A DNA stretch of 64,000 bases. Source: Chitinivibrionales bacterium (lineage in GTDB: Bacteria > Fibrobacterota > Chitinivibrionia > Chitinivibrionales > WJMI01). Made by a program: the position numbers and the translations under genes. Under the pieces are notes generated by a model. The model saw only the letters and a program-made list of their open reading frames with translations, made no database searches and was not told the origin of the DNA. This document shows positions 53,928-61,354 of this stretch, one piece after another. Every line of letters begins with the position of its first letter. Within the stretch, counting starts at the first letter, position 1. The stretch lies in assembly GCA_014728015.1 (NCBI GenBank), contig WJMI01000305.1, forward strand, positions 6,192-70,191, in the 5' to 3' direction.

Positions 53928-53965
53928 TGATTTGTCCCGGAGATTATTTACTAGTTTACCTCCGG
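53928..53965 (+). repeat. Exact 38-bp repeat, copy 2
   Basis: Identical to 48443-48480. A degenerate partial copy (CTGATTGTCCCCCGGTGATT) lies 70 nt upstream at 53856-53875. Confidence 0.9.
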
Positions 53966-54210
53966 TTTAAATTCCCGCCCCAAAAAAATAGGACTTCTCT
54001 GAAGTTCCATACTCCGCCCGACTCCATGAGAAAATTGTATAATTCGATCAGAGGATCATATCTGCTTGATACGCCCGAATCCCAGTATATTGGGTTCTTG
54101 GGGAGACCGGTATTGACAAGAATTTCTCCGACAGGGGGTGCTTCGGAGTAACAACTGAAATAGCAACATAAGTTATGCGCTTAAATCGCGAGGTAAGAAG
54201 GGGGAACTTC

Positions 54211-56934
54211 ATGACCAAGTCGAACAGCGCTATATTTCTCATTTCAGTGCTTGCATTGAATATGGCGGCATCGGGTGGCTTGTGCCGTCGTGCTTCGTCG
54301 TTTCCGCAAAATGTTGTTCAGAAGTGGCAGGAGCAGTACAGCGACATTGATGGGCAGATTGCCGCCACGAACAGCCTGGGCAAAAGACGTGACAATGCTT
54401 TCGGCAAAATGGCAAGCCGGCATGCGCTGGTCCTTGCCGGGGATCGCGATCCCGCCGATGTAGTCCTTCGCCGCACCGGGGCCCTCATGGAGAGCCTCAA
54501 GCGCCTTGAGGACTGTCCTGATCTTTCGGCGTTTGAATCCCGCCTCGAGCAGCTCCGCAGTCAGAACCGCGGCGGTCTCGCCAAGGCTTCGGCGGCCGCG
54601 CGTGAGGCATTGTACCTCGAGGCATGCGCCCTTCGGCGGCAGATTGCCATCTCCAATCCGCTCCTCGATTTCAACGATGTGCTGTATGTCGAGCGGGCGC
54701 TGTGCGGCAACTGGGAAGAGACAGGCCATCACTGCTGCGACCAGTTCCACAATTTCACCAATGCGCCGGGCGGATGGGTGTACATCATGAAAGATGCGTT
54801 CAGTGACAATCCCCAGCGCGCAAACCTTCTTCAAAACGCGGTCGTCGAAAACGGGCAGTTTGAGGGGCAGAGGCTGGTCGACCTGACAGGCAAGTGCCTG
54901 AGCCCGGAGCTGTCCTTTGACGGCCAGACCGTGCTGTTCGCATTTGCGGAGGGCGGCTGCAAGAACAACAATCACATCAAATTCGGGCTGCCGCCGCACG
55001 AGCATTTCTGGAATGACCAGAACTGCTGGCACATTTTCAAAATCAACATTGACGGCACCGGTCTGCGTCAGTTGACATTCGGCCCGTATGACGATTTCGA
55101 CCCGTGTTTTCTTCCCAACGGCCGCATCACGTTCATATCAAACCGTCGCGAAGGGTATGGCCGCTGCCACTTCCGTCTGGTGCCTACCTATACCCTGTAT
55201 TCCATGAAAGACGACGGCAGTGATATCATCTGCCTGAGCTTCCATGAAACCAACGAGTGGCATCCCTCGGTGAACAACGACGGCATGATTGTGTATACGA
55301 GATGGGATTATATCGATCGCCCGGATTTGGCCTCGCACCATATCTGGACCTGTTACCCTGACGGGCGCGATCCGCGGGCCCCGCACGGCAACTACCCCGA
55401 GCCGTATGCCACGCATGTCGACGGCGGGTGGGGTGACACGTTCCGGAAACGGCCCAATGGGGAATACAATATCAAGGCCATTCCCGGGACCGCGAGCAAG
55501 TATACGGCTACCGCCGGACCGCACCACGGCGAGTCGTACGGATGTCCTGTCATACTCGATATTGCTATCGAAGATGACAATTGTATGTCGCAGATCACCA
55601 AGATAGTCGACGTTGGTTTTCCCGAATCGGAAGTGGGGGGAACGGTCGGCGGAAGCTACGGGACCGTTTGGCCGTTGTCCGAAGAGTTTTTCCTGTGCAA
55701 CAGGGACGGCGGGCTGGCGCTTCTGGACATTCACGGTAATGTAGAATACTTCGGCGGCGGCCATACCATGCGGCCGGTCGATCCTATTCCGGTCAAGGCG
55801 CGCACCAAGCCGCCCGTCATACCCGTGCAGACCTGGCAGGGGGAACGGGAAGGCGCTCCGGACCACCAGCGCGCCGTCATCAGCGTCATGAATATCAATG
55901 TCGCCGATTACCCGCTTCCGGACAATGCGGAGATCACACACATGCGCATCATCCAGGCCTTTCCGCATTCGCAGCCGTTCAGTGTGTATGCGGGACATGG
56001 GGAGCACTCGCAGGGGCGCATGCCGATTGGCACGGTGCCGGTCGAGGAAGACGGGAGCGTGTATTGCGAAGCGCCGGTGGGCAAACAGATATACTTCCAG
56101 CTTCTGGATGAAAAAGGCCATGCGATCGCATCCATGCGTTCCGGCACGTATGTGCATCCCGGCGAGCATCTGACGTGCGTTGGCTGTCACGAAAGCAAGT
56201 GGGAATCACCTCCGCCCATGACATCGACCCCGCTTGCGCTCCGCCGCGAGCCGTCGCCTATTGAGCCCGAAGTCGGTGGCGTGAATCCGATCGGGTTCGA
56301 CCTGGTCCAGCCGATTATTCAGAGCAAGCTTTCGGGAACGTTTTCCTCAAACTATCATGATCTGGAGCCCATAATATTCTATCTCGAAAGCGGCATCTAC
56401 TGGATGCAGTACCAGCACGGCGGGTCGCGCACGATCCCGGGTCGTTTCGGCGCCCTCGAATCCGGCATGCTTAAGACGATAAACGGCATGAACCACAATC
56501 TCACCGACGAGGAATACCGCAAGATTGTGCTGTGGCTCGACTGTAATTCCAACGAGTTCGGTCTGGCACGCAACGGGGGCTATCACCCGCAGGCCTATCT
56601 TATGGACTACGACGAGAATAATCCCTCGGGAGTCGAGTATGACCGGCCCGCGCGCGGCTCAACGACCATCAAGCTCCAGCGCTTCGCGCCATCCGGGGAA
56701 CCGCATATTCGAGTAACAAACCGAATGCTCACGGTGAACAGCGGAGCGAATGAAGGGGCGGATCTGGCGGTCTACGATCTGAGCGGGCGCGTGGTGTTGC
56801 GGCGCCGGCTGGGACACGGTACCTCTTGCATCGATCTCGGGGCGCAGGGAGTTGCCGCGGGAAGCTACGTGGTCAGGCTTACGGATGCCAAGCAGCGGAC
56901 CCTGCAAAGCAGGCGGATTGTTGCGGCGCGTTAG
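54211..56934 (+). CDS. HzsA-related / PD40-like beta-propeller protein with one CxxCH motif and a T9SS C-terminal domain (paralog 2)
   Basis: Collinear with 2292-5177: DFDPCFLPNGRITF, HETNEWHPSVNNDGMIVYTRWDY, VPVEEDGSVYCEAPVGKQIYFQLLDEKG, LTCVGCHESKWESPPP. Tail: LAVYDLSGRVVLRRR...AAGSYVVRLTDAKQRTLQSRRIVAAR. Start at the ATG at 54211, after GAAGGGGGAACTTC. Confidence 0.65.
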   Translation: MTKSNSAIFLISVLALNMAASGGLCRRASSFPQNVVQKWQEQYSDIDGQIAATNSLGKRRDNAFGKMASRHALVLAGDRDPADVVLRRTGALMESLKRLEDCPDLSAFESRLEQLRSQNRGGLAKASAAAREALYLEACALRRQIAISNPLLDFNDVLYVERALCGNWEETGHHCCDQFHNFTNAPGGWVYIMKDAFSDNPQRANLLQNAVVENGQFEGQRLVDLTGKCLSPELSFDGQTVLFAFAEGGCKNNNHIKFGLPPHEHFWNDQNCWHIFKINIDGTGLRQLTFGPYDDFDPCFLPNGRITFISNRREGYGRCHFRLVPTYTLYSMKDDGSDIICLSFHETNEWHPSVNNDGMIVYTRWDYIDRPDLASHHIWTCYPDGRDPRAPHGNYPEPYATHVDGGWGDTFRKRPNGEYNIKAIPGTASKYTATAGPHHGESYGCPVILDIAIEDDNCMSQITKIVDVGFPESEVGGTVGGSYGTVWPLSEEFFLCNRDGGLALLDIHGNVEYFGGGHTMRPVDPIPVKARTKPPVIPVQTWQGEREGAPDHQRAVISVMNINVADYPLPDNAEITHMRIIQAFPHSQPFSVYAGHGEHSQGRMPIGTVPVEEDGSVYCEAPVGKQIYFQLLDEKGHAIASMRSGTYVHPGEHLTCVGCHESKWESPPPMTSTPLALRREPSPIEPEVGGVNPIGFDLVQPIIQSKLSGTFSSNYHDLEPIIFYLESGIYWMQYQHGGSRTIPGRFGALESGMLKTINGMNHNLTDEEYRKIVLWLDCNSNEFGLARNGGYHPQAYLMDYDENNPSGVEYDRPARGSTTIKLQRFAPSGEPHIRVTNRMLTVNSGANEGADLAVYDLSGRVVLRRRLGHGTSCIDLGAQGVAAGSYVVRLTDAKQRTLQSRRIVAAR

Positions 56935-57076
56935 GTTGTGACTGCAAAACACTGCCGGGCTTTGCAGCCGGGGAAACCTGACCGGCGGATTGAACCTGCG
57001 TGCCGGTAATTGCCTGCATGCGCGTTTTCCTCTTTCTTCCAGGCGCGAGAAAATGCTCCATTTTAAGGAGAAGATT

Positions 57077-57130
57077 ATGACTCTGGGTGAAGCTGCCCCT
57101 TATGTATTATGGAGACAGAGGGAACCATGA
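57077..57130 (+). CDS. Candidate 17-codon small ORF with strong SD
   Basis: My own reading: TAAGGAGAAGATT-ATG, encoding MTLGEAAPYVLWRQREP. Its stop overlaps the next ATG (ATGA at 57127-57130). Too short for the ORF track. Confidence 0.25.
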   Translation: MTLGEAAPYVLWRQREP

Positions 57131-57249
57131 AGCATGGCATGATTTCGCCCGTCGAGTTTAACCGGTTAAGATGCCTCGTGAAATCATGCGTAATAGCCGC
57201 TGGGATTGATGGAAGCCGGGAACGATTGTACAATGAAGTGATCCCATAG
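57127..57249 (+). CDS. Candidate 40-codon small ORF, coupled to the preceding sORF
   Basis: MKHGMISPVEFNRLRCLVKSCVIAAGIDGSRERLYNEVIP. Ends 13 nt before the GTG of 57263-58057. Confidence 0.25.
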   Translation: MKHGMISPVEFNRLRCLVKSCVIAAGIDGSRERLYNEVIP

Positions 57250-57262
57250 GCTGGAGAGAACC

Positions 57263-58057
57263 GTGAAACTTCTCAAGACCGCCCCCCAAGCTCTGTGCAT
57301 GGCATTGGCTGCTGTGTCCTGCCTGCGGGCCGCCAACGCGGTGCAGGAGCTCAGGTTCTTCGATGCCGCCGGCAACATGCTCTTCAAGGTAGCCTACGAG
57401 TACGACAACAACGGAAACAACACCACGCGCACGGTCTATGACCGGGGCGACTATGTGCTGAAACGGATTACGTTTAACGCCGACACCAACCGCTATTTCG
57501 ATCCGTTCGACAACCTTCTGTTCCGCGCAGGCTACACTGCCGCCTCCGGCGGTGAGAGCTTCGCATTCCACGATCGCTACCAGAAAGGAAGCCTGGTGCA
57601 CAGCGGCTCGTATTCCGGGTCGCCGGGGAGTTATGAATTTTCCGATGCCGGCGGCGGCAAGACGCACAGCCTGAGCTACCAGTATGACAGTGACAACCGG
57701 ATAACGCAGATTGATGTCAAGGATGCCGGCGGCGCGCTCACGCACTATGTCATGGTATACTACGTGGGCGATCAGCCGATCCGCCATGCAGCAGGCCCGC
57801 GGGCGAGCATTTCCTCCCTGCGGGTAGCCGGCGATCGTGTGCGCATGGCCGTCTCGCTCACCGGCAAGCAGCGAGTGCAGGCGCAGTTTTTCGATGTTCT
57901 CGGCAAGCTTGTTCATACCGCCCTGGACAGGAACATGCCCGGCGGATATCACACCGCCAGTCTTTCGCCCGGGCCCGCGCAGAGCGTCGGCGTGTACCTG
58001 CTCCGGGTGACTGCCGGTGACGTGCGCGTGGTCAAGAAGGTGCAGGTCGTCAGATGA
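57263..58057 (+). CDS. Small secreted YD-repeat-like protein with T9SS C-terminal domain
   Basis: GTG start after GGAGAGAACC. Signal peptide: MKLLKTAPQALCMALAAVSCLRAANA. YD-like: YEYDNNGNNTTRTVYD and YQYDSDNRITQIDVKD. Tail: AQFFDVLGKLVHTA...SVGVYLLRVTAGDVRVVKKVQVVR. Confidence 0.6.
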   Translation: MKLLKTAPQALCMALAAVSCLRAANAVQELRFFDAAGNMLFKVAYEYDNNGNNTTRTVYDRGDYVLKRITFNADTNRYFDPFDNLLFRAGYTAASGGESFAFHDRYQKGSLVHSGSYSGSPGSYEFSDAGGGKTHSLSYQYDSDNRITQIDVKDAGGALTHYVMVYYVGDQPIRHAAGPRASISSLRVAGDRVRMAVSLTGKQRVQAQFFDVLGKLVHTALDRNMPGGYHTASLSPGPAQSVGVYLLRVTAGDVRVVKKVQVVR

Positions 58058-59949
58058 GCGCGGTCAAACAACGCCATATCACGAGCATTGCGGCCGCGTG
58101 TGTTGTGGCGCTGGGCGCGCTGCGAGTGACGGCCGAGGATGTCGATCCCGGGTTTGTCACCGAGCTTCTCTATCTGTTCGACGAACTTCCGGGCGTGAAC
58201 AAGTCGGAATATCTCTCGCCGGATGCGTTCGCGGTTTCGCCGGACGGGAAAACACTGTACGTTGCCGAGAAAACATCGCGGCAGGTGGCGTATGTGGATA
58301 TCGCAAGCGGCGAAGTCACCAATGAGGTGCTCTTTCCCAACGAGGTGACCGGCATTGCGGTTGCTCCCGACGGGGCCCGCCTGTATGTGACCTGTTCTTC
58401 CGGCAAGCGCCCGCAGGGCGTGGTATGTGTCGTGAATGCATCATCGGGCGCCATCGAGACCACCATTCTGGCCGGGCATTCGACACGCGAGCCGGTGGTC
58501 AGCCCTGACGGCGCCGAGCTGTATGTGTGCAACCGGTTCGACAATGAGGTCGCCGTTATCGACTTGGCATCGAACAGCGTGGCGGCGCGCATTCCCGTGG
58601 TGCGCGAGGCGACCGGCGCGGCGATCACCGACGACGGCTCGCGGCTGGTGGTCACCAACTACCTGCCGATCGGCAGGGCGGACCTTGACACGGTCCAGTG
58701 TCCGGTCAGTATTATCGATACCGACACGCGCGCCGTGGTAGCCAATGTTCTCCTTGCCAACGGCGCCCACAGCCTTCAGGACGTCGCCGTTTCGCCTAAA
58801 CGCGGCGACGGCAAGTACTATGCGTATGTCACGCATCCGATCGCGCGGTTCCAGATACCGCCCAACGAAATCCAGCGCGGGTGGATAACGTCGAACGCGC
58901 TCAGCGTTATCAACGTGACCGATGCCGAATATGTCAACGTCGTGCCGCTCGATGACAACCAGCGCGGCGTGGCCAATCCGTGGGGCATCGCGTGCACCGG
59001 TGACGGTGCCTCTATCGTGATCAGCCATGCGGGCAGTCACGATGCCGTGGTCATCGATGCCGACGATATGCACGCCAAACTCGATACCGCGACCCAGGAC
59101 CTGTCGTACAACCTTCTGTTCTCCCAGAGTTTCCGTACCCGGCTGGCGCTCGACGTGCTTGGTCCGCGGCCCGTGGCGATTGTCGGCACCACGGCCTATA
59201 TCGGCGGGTACTTCTCCGATGATATCCAGATTGTCGATCTGTCGTCCGGCACGCCGTCTACGAGCGGCAGCATCGCGCTGGGCCCTTCGAAGGAAATGGA
59301 CCAGATACGGTTCGGCGAGCTCCGGTTCTTTGATGCGCGGATATGTTTCCAGCGGTGGCAGAGCTGTCATTCGTGTCATCCCAACACGCGCACCGACATG
59401 CTCAACTGGGATTTGCTCAATGACGGTATCGGCAATCCGAAAAGCGACAAGAGCATGCTGCTCGCGCACATCACACCGCCGGCGATGATCTCCGGGGTAC
59501 GGGACAGCGCTGAGGTGGCCGTTCGCGCCGGGGTATTATATATCCTGTTTGCCGAACCGGTCGAAACGGATGCGCTGGCCATGGATGAATATCTCAAGTC
59601 TCTGCGGCCGGTGCCGAGCCCGTACCTGGTGAAAGGCATGATGAGCGATGCGGCGAAGCGGGGCAAGGGGTTGTTCTACGACAAGTTCCAGTGCCAGCAG
59701 TGTCATCCCGAGCCGCTGTACACCGATCTGCGGTTTCACAACGTGGGCACGCAGGGCCCGCTCGATACCGACGGCCGGAGCGAGTTCGATACGCCGACGC
59801 TTATCGAGAACTGGCGCACGGCGCCGTACCTGCATGACGGGCGCTACCCGGAAATGAAAGACGTGTATTCGCCCGGCAGGCACGGGCTGATTGTCAATGC
59901 CACGGACCAGGAGATACAGGACCTCGTTGAATTTGTCAACTCGCTGTAG
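58054..59949 (+). CDS. YVTN-type beta-propeller fused to a di-haem cytochrome c peroxidase (CCP/MauG family) domain
   Basis: Propeller: VSPDGKTLYVAE, VAPDGARLYVTC, VSPDGAELYVCNRFDNEVAVIDL. CCP: WQSCHSCHP and FQCQQCHPEPLYTD (two CxxCH), plus FDTPTLIENWRTAPYLHDG. ATGA overlap with the upstream gene. Confidence 0.85.
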   Translation: MSAVKQRHITSIAAACVVALGALRVTAEDVDPGFVTELLYLFDELPGVNKSEYLSPDAFAVSPDGKTLYVAEKTSRQVAYVDIASGEVTNEVLFPNEVTGIAVAPDGARLYVTCSSGKRPQGVVCVVNASSGAIETTILAGHSTREPVVSPDGAELYVCNRFDNEVAVIDLASNSVAARIPVVREATGAAITDDGSRLVVTNYLPIGRADLDTVQCPVSIIDTDTRAVVANVLLANGAHSLQDVAVSPKRGDGKYYAYVTHPIARFQIPPNEIQRGWITSNALSVINVTDAEYVNVVPLDDNQRGVANPWGIACTGDGASIVISHAGSHDAVVIDADDMHAKLDTATQDLSYNLLFSQSFRTRLALDVLGPRPVAIVGTTAYIGGYFSDDIQIVDLSSGTPSTSGSIALGPSKEMDQIRFGELRFFDARICFQRWQSCHSCHPNTRTDMLNWDLLNDGIGNPKSDKSMLLAHITPPAMISGVRDSAEVAVRAGVLYILFAEPVETDALAMDEYLKSLRPVPSPYLVKGMMSDAAKRGKGLFYDKFQCQQCHPEPLYTDLRFHNVGTQGPLDTDGRSEFDTPTLIENWRTAPYLHDGRYPEMKDVYSPGRHGLIVNATDQEIQDLVEFVNSL

Positions 59950-59958
59950 GAGCACGGC

Positions 59959-61308
59959 ATGCGCGCGGAGAAGATGCTGAAGGTAATCGCTAGTGCACTT
60001 CTTGTATCACTTGCAGTGTCCGCCGCTGAAAGCGACGCGGACAGGAAGGTCGATTTCGGCGGATGGGGCTGGCTGACATTCGGCCGGGTGACCGAGAGCT
60101 ACTACGAACCGGTCCGGCACGCCCGGTATGACCATACCGCCAAGTGGCTTACCGATGTCGAGACCGGGTTGTGGGTCAAGGCCATGCCCAGGGACTGGGC
60201 GGACATCTACCTTCACTGGGAGTTTCTCTATGTCCGGCCTATCATCAACGAGACCAGAAAAAGCGCGGCCTCGCTCGCCAAAACATTCAATCTCAGGGTG
60301 CTGGAGGCATACGCGCGCGCCCGGGCCATAGAAACCGACCGGATCAAGCTCAACGCCCGGCTCGGGTATTTCAATGTCAAGTACAACCCCGAGGTGAGGA
60401 ACCTCGGAGAGTACCTGCTGCGGAGTTTTACCTACCCCCAGTATCTCGTGTCGGGATTCGAGATTGCCGACAAGGTGAAGAACCGGGGCCTGCAGATCCG
60501 GCTTCAGGTGCTTGACGGCATGTGGACCAACGATGTCCTCGTGAACAGCGAGATCGAGACATACCCGATCAACGACCTGTCGTTTTCGTATATCACCTCG
60601 GTGAAACCCGTTGGGGCGTTTCTGGATATCGGGGCGGGGATCAGTTTCTCGCATCTGGTTTCGTTCGACCCTGAGCTTACCACGCCCGGCCTGGACACCG
60701 CCGCTTTCTCGACACGGCTCGATCGGGTATACAACACGTACTACGATCCGGAAACGGGTGATTCCACGTTGTTTACCTTTCGCGGCGAGAAGGTGATGGG
60801 GCGGCTGACCATCGATCCCAAGGAATTCATTCCGCTGAGGATCCTCGGGGAGAACGATCTAAAACTGTATACCGAAGCGGCGATCATCGGCCTGAAGGAT
60901 TACCCCGAATGGTACGAAAATATCCGGGAGCGTGTGCCGATCATGGTCGGGTTCAACGTGCCCGCGTTCAAGCTTCTGGATGTGCTTGCCGTTGAAGTCG
61001 AGCGGTTCCAGTCGCCGTATACGAATTCCACGAAAGACGTTTGGGGTTTCAGATCTCCTATCCCCTACACCGGCCAGTCGGTCCCGTACCGCAAGGAAGA
61101 GGACCTGTATGCCAACGGTGATATCGACGACTGGCGGTGGTCGGTCTACGCCAGCCGCCGGATAGCCGATTTCATCCGGGTCAGCGGCCAGGTTGCGCGC
61201 GACCACGCATCCCGCGCCTGGTATACCGGAGGGGCGGGAGGCTACGAAGATATCACCCAGGTGCCGGGCGACTGGTACTGGATGGCCCGCGTGATGTTTT
61301 ACTTCTGA
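59959..61308 (+). CDS. Outer-membrane beta-barrel (porin-like) protein
   Basis: Signal peptide: MLKVIASALLVSLAVSAA. Alternating amphipathic segments throughout. C-terminus WYWMARVMFYF ends in an aromatic residue, as in OM beta-barrels. Confidence 0.5.
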   Translation: MRAEKMLKVIASALLVSLAVSAAESDADRKVDFGGWGWLTFGRVTESYYEPVRHARYDHTAKWLTDVETGLWVKAMPRDWADIYLHWEFLYVRPIINETRKSAASLAKTFNLRVLEAYARARAIETDRIKLNARLGYFNVKYNPEVRNLGEYLLRSFTYPQYLVSGFEIADKVKNRGLQIRLQVLDGMWTNDVLVNSEIETYPINDLSFSYITSVKPVGAFLDIGAGISFSHLVSFDPELTTPGLDTAAFSTRLDRVYNTYYDPETGDSTLFTFRGEKVMGRLTIDPKEFIPLRILGENDLKLYTEAAIIGLKDYPEWYENIRERVPIMVGFNVPAFKLLDVLAVEVERFQSPYTNSTKDVWGFRSPIPYTGQSVPYRKEEDLYANGDIDDWRWSVYASRRIADFIRVSGQVARDHASRAWYTGGAGGYEDITQVPGDWYWMARVMFYF

Positions 61309-61354
61309 GTTATGCCCTCATGCGGGCAGTACGACGCGAAAGGACTGTCATACC

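Noticed and set aside
54113-54118. Perfect TTGACA hexamer upstream of 54211 as a -35 box
   Set aside because: No -10-like hexamer follows at 16-19 bp spacing (the sequence there is GGGGGT). The extended -10 TGTATAAT at 54036-54043 and TATATT at 54086-54091 are better promoter candidates, but they too are unverified.
1-56934. Interpreting the locus as a classical Bacteroidota polysaccharide utilisation locus
   Set aside because: No SusC-like TonB-dependent transporter, no SusD-like lipoprotein, and no hybrid two-component or ECF/anti-sigma pair is present. Genes use strong SD sequences. The regulators are of a different type.
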